Program-made: the position numbers and the translations under genes | Shown here: one piece after another, positions 1 through 7,683 of the stretch | How the letters are laid out: each line of letters begins with the position of its first letter | Numbering within the stretch: the stretch's first letter is position 1 | Source of the DNA: a bacterium | GTDB taxonomy: Bacteria > Eisenbacteria > RBG-16-71-46 | Reading direction: 5' to 3' | NCBI GenBank assembly: GCA_031396225.1 | Contig: JANNKI010000094.1 | Location: 1-33,702 of the forward strand | DNA: 33,702 nucleotides | Notes under the pieces: model-generated | Told to the model about the DNA's origin: nothing | Seen by the model: the letters and a program-made list of their open reading frames with translations, nothing else | Databases searched by the model: none

Positions 1-178
1 GGCCGAGCAGGCAGGCGGATCGGCCAGCAACGGCAGCCAGCGCATCATGGACCTGGCGCCCGCGGCGCTGCACCAGCGCACGCCGCTCATCATCGGCAGC
101 CCCGACGATGTGGCCGAGGCCCAGGCGTTCATCCAGGAGAAGCACCCCGTCGTCAAGAGCGAGCGCCGGCTGCGCTGA
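1..178 (+). CDS. 3' end of an unidentified CDS, truncated by the window edge. Frame starts at nt 2: ...[45 protein letters not shown]
   Basis: The frame is open from the window edge to TGA at 176-178. Third codon positions are strongly G/C-biased in this frame. I could not assign a family. Confidence 0.5.
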   Translation, partial: AEQAGGSASNGSQRIMDLAPAALHQRTPLIIGSPDDVAEAQAFIQEKHPVVKSERRLR

Positions 179-440
179 CCGTTCACCCGCGCCGCGACGA
201 CGGTTGCTGAGCCGTCCGGGACGGCGTATCTCCAGCTTCCCACCATCTCTCAACAAGTAGAGTCCGGCGCGCGTCCTGCTGCTCAGAACCAGCGTCGAGC
301 CATCAGCCACTTCCATCTTGTGGGGGGGTTGACGATCGGGCCAGCATCGTCCCGAGTCCCGTGGAGTGGGACCGCAACGTGTCCGAGGCGAGCTCGACCG
401 CCTCTTACGCCCGCGCCGAGCGAGAAGGCATGCGCGCGCC

Positions 441-893
441 TCACCCGCTCCGCGGCCACAGGCTGGCCACGCGCCAGCGGATCTCGTCGCGCACCTCGCG
501 GAACGCGTCCAGCCGGCCCGGCTCCGGCACCGCACTCGGGTCCGGCAACGGCCAGTGCACCCGGCGCACGGGCCCAGCCAGCGCCGGGCAGCTCTCGTCG
601 GCCTCCCCGCACAGCGTCACCACCGTGTCGCACTCCCGCCACGGCACGTCGTCCAGGTGCTTGGACGACTGCGCGGTCAGGTCCACGCCCACCTCGCGCA
701 TGACCTCGAGCGCGCACGCGTGAATGCCGCGCGGCTCGGTGCCCGCGCTCATCACCTCCACGCCGGCCGGCGCCGTGCCGCGGGCGAAGCCTTCGGCCAT
801 CTGGCTCCGGGACGAGTTGTGGACGCACAAGAACAGCACCTTACCGGGCGGCCGCGTGATGAAGGCGGCGGGTCGCTGATCGTCCGCCTTCAT
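441..893 (-). CDS. arsC: Arsenate reductase, LMW-PTP family, thioredoxin-coupled type
   Basis: The CX5R P-loop 'LCVHNSSRSQMAEG' is present, along with a downstream Cys pair 'LCGEADESCP' like the pI258/Bacillus type. I trimmed the ORF-track 229-aa call to the ATG at 893 (MKADDQRP...). That ATG overlaps the stop of the upstream aquaporin gene (ATGA, 890-893). Confidence 0.88.
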   Translation of the reverse strand: MKADDQRPAAFITRPPGKVLFLCVHNSSRSQMAEGFARGTAPAGVEVMSAGTEPRGIHACALEVMREVGVDLTAQSSKHLDDVPWRECDTVVTLCGEADESCPALAGPVRRVHWPLPDPSAVPEPGRLDAFREVRDEIRWRVASLWPRSG

Positions 894-1558
894 CGTGACG
901 ACATCAGGCTTTTGAACGTGCGTGCGGCAGCCACGCCCGCCAACATCGGCGCCAGCCAGTACACCCAGTGGTGCGTCCACACGCCCGAGGCGCAGGCGGC
1001 GCCGAACGCGCGCGCCGGGTTCATCGCCGCGCCCGTGAGCGGCCCGCCGACCAGGATGTCCGCGCACACGACGAGGCCGATGCCGAAGCCGCCGATCCTC
1101 GGGCCGCGTTCGTCCACCGCCGTGCCCCACACGACGGTCACCAACAGGAACGTGAGCACGAACTCGAGCAGCAGGCCCTGCGACACCGACACGCCCGCGG
1201 CCAGCATGGGCACGCCGTAGTGCACCGCCTCACCCGCCTCGCCCGGCATCACCGAGCGCAGCAGGAAGCTGGCGGCGATCGCGCCGACCAACTGCGACAC
1301 CCAGTAGGTGATCGCCGAGGTGAGCGACATGCGGCGCGTGATCACGAATCCCAGCGTCACCGCGGGATTGAAGTGCGCTCCGGACCAGGCCCCGAGCGCG
1401 GAGATCATCGTGGCCAGCGCCAGGCCGTGCGCGATCGCGACCACCAACAGGCTGTCGCCGCCGCTCGCCTGCTGCATGATGACGGCGCCCTGTCCGATGA
1501 AGCACAGCGTGAAAGTGCCGAGGAACTCGGCCCAGTAGGATTTCGGTCCCTGATCCAT
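890..1558 (-). CDS. MIP-family channel (aquaporin), AqpM/NIP-like by motif. Probably an arsenite/metalloid channel, given its coupling to arsC.
   Basis: Two NPA boxes are present (SGAHFNPAVTLG and TGAAMNPARAFG), plus 'TAVDERGP'. The start ATG at 1558 is preceded by GGAGGTG. The stop overlaps the arsC start. Confidence 0.88.
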   Translation of the reverse strand: MDQGPKSYWAEFLGTFTLCFIGQGAVIMQQASGGDSLLVVAIAHGLALATMISALGAWSGAHFNPAVTLGFVITRRMSLTSAITYWVSQLVGAIAASFLLRSVMPGEAGEAVHYGVPMLAAGVSVSQGLLLEFVLTFLLVTVVWGTAVDERGPRIGGFGIGLVVCADILVGGPLTGAAMNPARAFGAACASGVWTHHWVYWLAPMLAGVAAARTFKSLMSSR

Positions 1559-1574
1559 GCCACCTCCGTGTGCG

Positions 1575-1628
1575 GGTGCCGTGCCAGCGTCGCGCGGCAC
1601 CGTAGCGGCGCAGCGGCAGGGGCGTCAA
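1575..1628 (-). promoter_or_regulatory. Candidate sigma70-like promoter with an operator-like inverted repeat, upstream of the aquaporin-arsC pair
   Basis: On the minus strand the sequence reads TTGACG (1628-1623), an 18-nt spacer, then TACGGT (1604-1599). The 7-bp inverted repeat GGTGCCG/CGGCACC (1575-1581 and 1595-1601) overlaps the -10 box and lies upstream of the SD. This is sequence-pattern evidence only. Confidence 0.3.
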
Positions 1629-1641
1629 CGCGTCCGAGCGG

Positions 1642-2493
1642 TCAGACCGCGAGCCCCGAGCGCCGCAGCAGCTCCTCCATGAGCTTGGCGTTCCGCGCCG
1701 CCTGGCCCGCATGGCAGTTGTTGAAGAACAGGTAGGTCTGCTTGGCCTGCTTCGCCAGCTCGTTCACGCGCGTCACCCACTCCGACAACTCGCGCTCGGA
1801 GTAGTCGTAGTCGTAGCGCAGTTGCTCGCGTCTGGCGGGGCGTTCGGTCGCCGCGCCCGCCGCCGGTGTGGCCTGGCGGGTACTACTCCCCCACCAGTGT
1901 GTGGCGTTCCGGCCGTGGAAACGCACGTAGCCCACACCGTTCGTGACGTGGGTCACGGGCGGCACCTACCCCGGGAGCGCGGGCTAGTCCACGGCGCAAT
2001 AGCCCAGATCTCGCTCGGCCAACCACGCCGGCAGCTGCGGGTGCATCCACGAGGCGTGCCGGAACTCCACCCACAGCGGCTCGCCCGGCAGCCGCTCGCG
2101 CAAGAGATCGAGATGTGCCTTCGCGCGCTCGTCCCTACGAAACGCCCACGGGAACTGGGCCAGCAGCCCGTGGTACTTGCCCGCGTCCTTCAAGGGTTGC
2201 ACCACCTCGAGGAAGCGCGCGTAGAGCGCGGGTTCGCTTGCGCGTTCGTGCGTCATGGCCTGGTTCAACTTGACGATGAACCGAAATCGCTCTGGTGTCT
2301 TCCGCTGCATCTGCTCCATCACGCGCGGCTGCGGGATACCGTAGTAGGTGGAGTTCACCTCGACGCACGGGAAGTGTCGCGCGTAGTAATCGAGGAAATC
2401 CCCGCTCTTGGTACCGCGCGGATAGAACGGGCCGACCCAGTCGGCGAACGAGTAGCCCGAGGTCCCCACGAACATCGAGGGCTCGGCGATCAC
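1642..2493 (-). pseudogene. DUF72 (UPF0759/YecE-like) gene interrupted by two in-frame TAG codons
   Basis: The two ORF-track pieces (1984-2493 and 1642-1965) are in the same frame. Together they give a full-length DUF72 (MFVGTSGYSF...; ...YVRFHGRN...RYDYDYSERELSEW...LFFNNCHAGQAARNA). The junction reads ...YCAVD-TAG-PALPG-TAG-VPPVTHV..., with TAG at 1986-1984 and at 1968-1966. The start is GTG at 2493 (overlapping the dinB stop) or ATG at 2475. Confidence 0.7.
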
Positions 2494-3791
2494 GGCTCGC
2501 CCTCTTGCGACAGTCGCGGTTTCAACTGCGTGGGATCGGGCGCCGACGGGTCCGCCCCCTGAGCGTAACCGCCCGGCTCGTCACGTCCGCGCCTGGCGGC
2601 GCCGAACGTCACGTGGCCGAGCGCGCGCCGGTGCGCGAGCGAGCCCGCGGGCACGACCGCCGCCTCGCCCAGCTTGTCGCGCACCTGGTCGAGCGCGTCC
2701 TGGAGCGCCTTCGCGCGCTCGTCCCGGACGAACAGCTCCAACTGCTCCTCCTGCGCGTGTTCGAGCGCCGAGACCGACACGCCCAGCAGGCGCAGCGGTT
2801 CGCCCTTCCAGTTCTCGCGCCACAGCGCGCGCGCCACCTCGAACACGCCGAGATGGTCGTCGAGTGCGGCCGCGAGTGCTCGCTGGCGCGTGACGGTGCG
2901 GAAGCGGAAGTCGCGCAGCTTCACCGTCACGGTGCGACCGCGAAAGCCGTCGCCGCGAAGGCGACGGGCCACCTGGTCCGAGAGGCGCAGCAACGTGCCC
3001 TCGAGGAACTCGGGATCGCGGCAGTCCTCGGGCAGCGTCACCTCGTGCCCCATGGACTTGGGGTCCACGCCTTCGTGATAGGGGATCACCGGCGTGCGAT
3101 CGCGCCCCCACGCGGCCTCGACCAGGTGCTCGCCGACCACGCCGAACTGGCGTTTCATGAGCGGCACGGGAGCGTTCGCGAGCGCGCCCACCGTGGCGAG
3201 CCCGAGGCTCTTGAGCTGCTCGCTCAGCTTGGGGCCCACTCCCCAGAGCACCTGCACGTCCTGCGGCCAGAACACGCCGCGGAACTGCTCCTCGGAGAGC
3301 GCGGTGATGCCGCGCGGCTTGTGCACGCCCGACGCCATCTTGGCGATCAGCTTGTTGGGGCCGATCCCGATCGAGGCGCCGAGCCCGTGCGTGTCGGAGA
3401 TGCGCTGTTGCAGGTCGCGCGCCAGCTCGCTCGCCGATTCGGGTGTCTGGCCGCGGCCGGGGAGCTTGCGCAGATCCAGAAACGCCTCGTCCACGCTGAA
3501 CGGTTCCACGTCGGGCGTGACCTCGAGGAACATCTCGAGCAGCTCGAGGGATTTCTCCACGTACTTGCGGGGATTCCCCTCGACGTATTCGGCCTCCGGA
3601 CAGAGCCGCCTGGCCTCGGCGAGCGGCATGCCGGCCCGCACACCCGAAGGGCGTGCTTCGTAGGAGGCGGCCGTGACCACGCCGCGCCGGCTGGGGTCGC
3701 CGCACACGATCACGGCCTTCCCGCGCAGGTGCGGGTGGTGCGCCTGCTCGACCGACGCGAAGAACGCGTCCATGTCCACGAGGAGGATCAC
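2490..3791 (-). CDS. dinB: Y-family DNA polymerase IV
   Basis: Catalytic motifs 'LLVDMDAFFASVE' and 'FSVDEAFLDL' are present, along with 'GIGPNKLIAKMAS' and a 'QLELF' clamp-binding-like motif. The start is GTG at 3791, 10 nt downstream of the stop of the small upstream ORF. Confidence 0.92.
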   Translation of the reverse strand: MILLVDMDAFFASVEQAHHPHLRGKAVIVCGDPSRRGVVTAASYEARPSGVRAGMPLAEARRLCPEAEYVEGNPRKYVEKSLELLEMFLEVTPDVEPFSVDEAFLDLRKLPGRGQTPESASELARDLQQRISDTHGLGASIGIGPNKLIAKMASGVHKPRGITALSEEQFRGVFWPQDVQVLWGVGPKLSEQLKSLGLATVGALANAPVPLMKRQFGVVGEHLVEAAWGRDRTPVIPYHEGVDPKSMGHEVTLPEDCRDPEFLEGTLLRLSDQVARRLRGDGFRGRTVTVKLRDFRFRTVTRQRALAAALDDHLGVFEVARALWRENWKGEPLRLLGVSVSALEHAQEEQLELFVRDERAKALQDALDQVRDKLGEAAVVPAGSLAHRRALGHVTFGAARRGRDEPGGYAQGADPSAPDPTQLKPRLSQEGEP

Positions 3792-3801
3792 GCCGGGCCG
3801 C

Positions 3802-4056
3802 TCATCCGGGACCTGTCCACGCCCGGCTCAGCACCCACGAAGGGCCGCGGGAGTCGTAGCAGAGCTCGTAACTGTCGTCTTTGGAGCCTTGCACCGCGAA
3901 GTAGCGCAACACGGCCTGGCCTTCGCGGCGGGCCCACTGGCCGGTGATCCTGCGCACGCGGACGACGCGCCCCTGCCAGCGAAAGCGGATGGGGCGCATG
4001 GAACCGTCCACGAACGCAGTGAGCACGTCCACCGGGTCGTTGAGGGATTCGAACAT
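3802..4056 (-). CDS. Small conserved-looking protein (84 aa) directly upstream of dinB. From memory it resembles DUF6504-type small proteins found next to Y-family polymerases.
   Basis: It has an ATG start and high GC3, and sits 10 nt from dinB. The motif pattern is 'PIRFRWQGRVVRVRRITGQW ... YELCYDSRGPSWVLSRAW'. The family assignment is recalled, not searched. Confidence 0.6.
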   Translation of the reverse strand: MFESLNDPVDVLTAFVDGSMRPIRFRWQGRVVRVRRITGQWARREGQAVLRYFAVQGSKDDSYELCYDSRGPSWVLSRAWTGPG

Positions 4057-4132
4057 GGTCGGGGTCGGGCACCGACGGGAGCTTACTGCACAGATGGGCA
4101 GTCGGGCAATGCCTGATGGCGCCCCGATCGCG

Positions 4133-6421
4133 CTACGCCTTCGCCCCCTCGCGCCGCACGTCCTGGATGCGGCGGGCCATGGACAGGAACGCGCTCAGGA
4201 GCATGACCACGGCTCCCAGCCAGACCAGGTTGATGAACGGCTTCGTGCTCACCTCGATCGCGAGCGTCTCGCTCTCGCGGGTGCGTTCGCGGCCGGGCAG
4301 CGCCAGCAACACGCGGCCGCCGTCGTTCGGGTCGGCGTTGACGATCGAGATCGTGCCGCCGCTCGGCAGGTAGGCCGGCGTCATCGTGCGCTTGGCCTCG
4401 GTGACCGATACCTCCATGCTCGGCCTCAACGGCACGGTGCGGCCGCCGATGTCGGCGATGACGATGGCGGTGAGCTTCATGCGCCCCTCGCCCGGCTCCG
4501 GCAGGAAACTCTCGAACGTGTACTTGATGCTGCCCACCTGCTTGGTCTCGCCCACCGCGAACCAGGTGCCGCCGGCCTCGTCCTCGCCCACCATCTCCAG
4601 CGGAGAGATGTAGATGTCGTGCGTGAGGAAGCGCTCGATGTGCGGCTTCTTCATGTAGCCCTGGTTGTACTCGCTCCAGTAGAATTTCGTGTTGGCCGTG
4701 AAGCGCCCCTCCGGGGCCACGACGGCGATGATGGCGTGGTCCTTGCCCTCGGCGTCGCGCTTCATGCCCTGGAACACGAGGTCGTAGCCGAGCGCCTTGC
4801 GCGACACCCCGCGCGGCAGCTGGAGCTGGGCCTCGAGCCCGTACCCGCTCGAAGCGATGACGCCGATGATCAACACGGTCGCGCCCATGTGCCCGAGGAA
4901 GGCCACGCCGTGCTTCCAGCCGGCCTTGAAGCCGCGCAACGTCACCATGAGGTTCGAGACCAGCGCGAAGGACATGGCGAACACGATCGCCGCGGGCATG
5001 GGCTGGCGCACACCGGCCACCGCCGCCACGATGGCCACCACCACGCCGAACACCGCGGACGGGAGTGCTGCGCGCAGGAACGCCTCGGGCTCGTGCTGCC
5101 GCCAGCGCAACAGCGGCGCAATGCCCAGCAGCATCCCCATGGCGATGGCCAGCGGCGCATTGACGAGGTTGTAATAGCTGGTCTGCACGTTGCTCGGCGG
5201 CCCGAACAGCCGCGTGATGAGCGGCGCGCTCATGCCCACCGCGATCAGCGCGCACATGAGCATGAAAACCAACTGCCCGAGCCACATGAACGACTCGCGC
5301 GAGAACGCGCCCAGCGGTTCCGGCGCACGGGGGATCTCGCGCAGCCGCGACAGCAGCAGGCCGTATCCGGTCAGGCCCGCCATGCTGATGAGCCCCAGCA
5401 GGAAGCCGCCCAAGCCGAACGGGATGCGCCAGTCGTCATTCGCGGCGAATGAATGTACGGAGAAGTCCGCGAGCACCCCGCTGCGCGTGAGGAACGAGGC
5501 GTAAAGCACCAGCACGTAGCTCGTGACCGCGAGGAAGAAGTTGGTGCGCCGGAGCGACCCGGTGACGCGCTGCACGAGCAGGCCGTGCACGAGCGCGATG
5601 TTCGCGAGCCACGGGATGAGCGAGCCGTTCTCGACCGGATCCCAGCCCCAGTAGCCGCCCCAGCCGAGCACCTTGTAGGCCCACACGCCACCCATGATGA
5701 AGCCGGTGGCCTGGATGGCGGTCGAGAACACGGCCCACGGCAGCACGGGCTTGACCCAGCCGTCGTAGTCGCGCTTGTAAAGCGCCGCGCACGCGATCGC
5801 GAACGGCACGACGAACGAGGAGAATCCGGTGAACAGCACCGGCGGGTGGATGGTCATCCACCAATCTTGGAGTAGCGGGTTCAGGCCCTGGCCGTCCGTG
5901 TACGCGAACTTGCTGGCCAGGAACGGCCCGCGCACCACGCCCACGAACGTGAGCATGATCACGGGCAGGTTCAAGAAGAACAGCGACGGCTCGGTGAGCG
6001 CGTGCCGCCAGCGCATGAGTACGAGGCCGAGCGTGGTGGTGATCAGCGCCCAGAGGAGGAACGTGCCCTCCTGCCCGCCCCAGAACGCCGCGTACACGTA
6101 ATAGGACGGCATGGCGCGCGAGGAGTAGTCGTGCACGTATTGGTACTGGAACTGATGGCTGAAAAGGATCCACCACAGGAACGCCGCGCCCCCGAGCAGC
6201 GATAGCCACTGCACGCGGAATGCCGCCCGGGCCACGGGTGCGGCCCCTTCGCGCCCGAGCAGCACGGCGAACCACGCGAACCCCGCGGTGAGCGCGCTCA
6301 GGAACGCCAGCCAGCACGACACCTGCCCCCAGTTGAGCGTCCCTGTGGCGGTGAGCGCGCCGCCCACGAGCAGCACGGGCAGGATCAGCGCCAGCGTGGT
6401 GATGAGCGCGGGGCGACTCAC
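4133..6421 (-). CDS. ccmF: Cytochrome c-type biogenesis protein CcmF (heme lyase component, System I)
   Basis: The Trp-rich heme-handling motif 'WGGYWGWDPVENGS' is present in a polytopic membrane protein. It has a periplasmic CcmF_C-like tail and a final TM segment. I preferred the GTG start at 6421, which overlaps the ccmE stop (GTGA). The ORF track's 6475 start is also GTG. The stop is TAG. Confidence 0.9.
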   Translation of the reverse strand: MSRPALITTLALILPVLLVGGALTATGTLNWGQVSCWLAFLSALTAGFAWFAVLLGREGAAPVARAAFRVQWLSLLGGAAFLWWILFSHQFQYQYVHDYSSRAMPSYYVYAAFWGGQEGTFLLWALITTTLGLVLMRWRHALTEPSLFFLNLPVIMLTFVGVVRGPFLASKFAYTDGQGLNPLLQDWWMTIHPPVLFTGFSSFVVPFAIACAALYKRDYDGWVKPVLPWAVFSTAIQATGFIMGGVWAYKVLGWGGYWGWDPVENGSLIPWLANIALVHGLLVQRVTGSLRRTNFFLAVTSYVLVLYASFLTRSGVLADFSVHSFAANDDWRIPFGLGGFLLGLISMAGLTGYGLLLSRLREIPRAPEPLGAFSRESFMWLGQLVFMLMCALIAVGMSAPLITRLFGPPSNVQTSYYNLVNAPLAIAMGMLLGIAPLLRWRQHEPEAFLRAALPSAVFGVVVAIVAAVAGVRQPMPAAIVFAMSFALVSNLMVTLRGFKAGWKHGVAFLGHMGATVLIIGVIASSGYGLEAQLQLPRGVSRKALGYDLVFQGMKRDAEGKDHAIIAVVAPEGRFTANTKFYWSEYNQGYMKKPHIERFLTHDIYISPLEMVGEDEAGGTWFAVGETKQVGSIKYTFESFLPEPGEGRMKLTAIVIADIGGRTVPLRPSMEVSVTEAKRTMTPAYLPSGGTISIVNADPNDGGRVLLALPGRERTRESETLAIEVSTKPFINLVWLGAVVMLLSAFLSMARRIQDVRREGAKA

Positions 6422-6810
6422 GAAGCCACGGCCTTGGCTGCCTGATCGGCCTCGGCCTGGTACTTCGAGGGGCACTTCACCAGAAGTTGGTGCGCCTCGA
6501 AGTGGTCGCCTTCGAACTTCCCGATGGCCACCACGCTCACGGCCTGGTCGAAGTTGCCCGGGATCACCCCTCGGTACTCGACGGGCATCACGTCACCCTT
6601 CTCGTCCCGCAGCTTGAAGCTCAAGAACTGCTCCTCGGGCTTCAAGATGTAGTCCTTGTCGGCGAGCTTGCCGTTCACCTGCACCAGCCCGCTGGCGCTG
6701 CGCGCCTCGGCGAAGCTGATGTAGGGCGTCATCGTGCGCTTGAAGCTCGACACGCCCACGGTCGCGGCCACCGCCAGCAACACCACGGCCACGATCACCT
6801 TGAGGTTCAT
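6418..6810 (-). CDS. ccmE: Heme chaperone CcmE, Cys-variant (CxxxY in place of HxxxY)
   Basis: It has an N-terminal TM anchor (MNLKVIVAVVLLAVAATVGV) and an OB-fold-like body. The heme-binding position reads 'LLVKCPSKYQ', with the Cys codon at 6474-6472. The ATG at 6810 is preceded by GGAG. Confidence 0.88.
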   Translation of the reverse strand: MNLKVIVAVVLLAVAATVGVSSFKRTMTPYISFAEARSASGLVQVNGKLADKDYILKPEEQFLSFKLRDEKGDVMPVEYRGVIPGNFDQAVSVVAIGKFEGDHFEAHQLLVKCPSKYQAEADQAAKAVAS

Positions 6811-6914
6811 CGTTTCTCCATATCGTTGAGGCGCCGCTCCACGCGCAGGATCCATGCGAACAGCAGGCCCCACACGAGCAGCGAGACGCCGAGCACCACC
6901 CAGTTACGGTCCAT
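6807..6914 (-). CDS. ccmD: CcmD-like small membrane protein (35 aa). Not in the ORF track.
   Basis: My own translation is MDRNWVVLGVSLLVWGLLFAWILRVERRLNDMEKR*. It has one TM helix, a basic tail and high GC3. It sits between ccmC and ccmE, where ccmD normally lies. Its TGA overlaps the ccmE ATG (ATGA). Confidence 0.55.
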   Translation of the reverse strand: MDRNWVVLGVSLLVWGLLFAWILRVERRLNDMEKR

Positions 6915-6971
6915 ATCGGGTCCTTGGGAGCATGGGGAGCATGGGGAGTTCGGGGGCCAGGAGGATCGGGA

Positions 6972-7616
6972 TCATACGGACAGTCGCCGCTCGAGCCGCG
7001 ACACGCGCACGCGCAGGGACTGGAGCCAGAAGTACAGGAACGTGAAGCCGAGGAGCATCGAGTAGAAGCACCACTGGATCATGGGATCCATGTCGATCTT
7101 CCCCGACGAGTTGAGTATCGGATCGGGATGCAACGTGGAATAGATGCGCGGCACCACGAACACGAGCGGCGGCACCGCGACGAACGCGGCGATGGAGTAG
7201 ACCGCCGAGAGCCGTGCACGCTTCTCCTCGCCCTCGATGCTGCCGCGGAGCGCAAGGTAGGCACCGTAAAGCAGCATCACGAAGAAGATACTGGTCTCGC
7301 GAGGGTCCCAGTTCCAGTACGAGCCCCACATGGACTTGGCCCAGAGCGACCCCGACACGGTGGCGCCGATGCAGAACAGCAGGCCCAACTCGGCGGCGGC
7401 GGCGGCCTGGTCGTCGTGACGCAGGTCGCGTTTCCACAGGTAGAGCGCGCTGTGGAGCATGGACCAGCCCAGCGCCACCACGGTGACCCACGCGGCGGGG
7501 ATGTGGAAATAGAGCACGCGCGTGGTCTCCTCGAGCACGGGAACCAGCGGTGCCCAGAGCAGGCTCACGACCATCGTGGCCGCGATCCAGACGAAGATGC
7601 CGTATCGCCAGATCAT
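6972..7616 (-). CDS. ccmC: Heme exporter / heme-handling protein CcmC
   Basis: The WWD motif 'WGSYWNWDPRETS' is present in a multi-TM protein at the ccmC position. The start is ATG. Confidence 0.92.
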   Translation of the reverse strand: MIWRYGIFVWIAATMVVSLLWAPLVPVLEETTRVLYFHIPAAWVTVVALGWSMLHSALYLWKRDLRHDDQAAAAAELGLLFCIGATVSGSLWAKSMWGSYWNWDPRETSIFFVMLLYGAYLALRGSIEGEEKRARLSAVYSIAAFVAVPPLVFVVPRIYSTLHPDPILNSSGKIDMDPMIQWCFYSMLLGFTFLYFWLQSLRVRVSRLERRLSV

Positions 7617-7683
7617 CTTGATCGGCCCGGGAAGCCGGCGCGGCGGCCGCGCCCCGACCCATCCCGAAGATGGGTAGCCCGGA

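Noticed and set aside
283-828. ORFs in the 179-440 gap and overlapping arsC (283-828 on the minus strand, 320-703 on the plus strand, and others), considered as a possible arsR or arsD.
   Set aside because: They contain no helix-turn-helix or metal-binding motifs. They have an Arg/Pro/Gly-rich composition and overlap the well-supported arsC frame.
1966-1986. The possibility that the two in-frame TAGs in DUF72 reflect genome-wide TAG reassignment.
   Set aside because: TAG is the apparent terminator of at least ccmF (4133), nifS (11764), nfu (14206) and mreB (28174). Each of these ends at the expected family C-terminus, so TAG functions as a normal stop here.
2295-3947. Long ORFs antisense to, or off-frame with, recognised genes. 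Examples: 2295-3947 (+), 3944-5452 (+), 6924-8042 (+), 7799-9100 (+), 11092-12834 (+), 14841-16355 (-), 17318-18931 (+), 27961-29514 (+), 30096-31829 (+) and 30256-31422 (-).
   Set aside because: Their products are Arg/Ala/Gly/Pro/His-rich and low-complexity, with no recognisable motifs. They lie opposite or out of frame to genes with strong family signatures. Stop-poor alternative frames like these are typical of very GC-rich DNA.
6931-6948. The tandem 9-nt duplication catggggag-catggggag in the ccmC-ccmD spacer, considered as a possible repeat array or CRISPR fragment.
   Set aside because: There are only two copies with no spacers, which is far too short for a CRISPR array or VNTR. It is probably a local slippage duplication in a 57-nt spacer.
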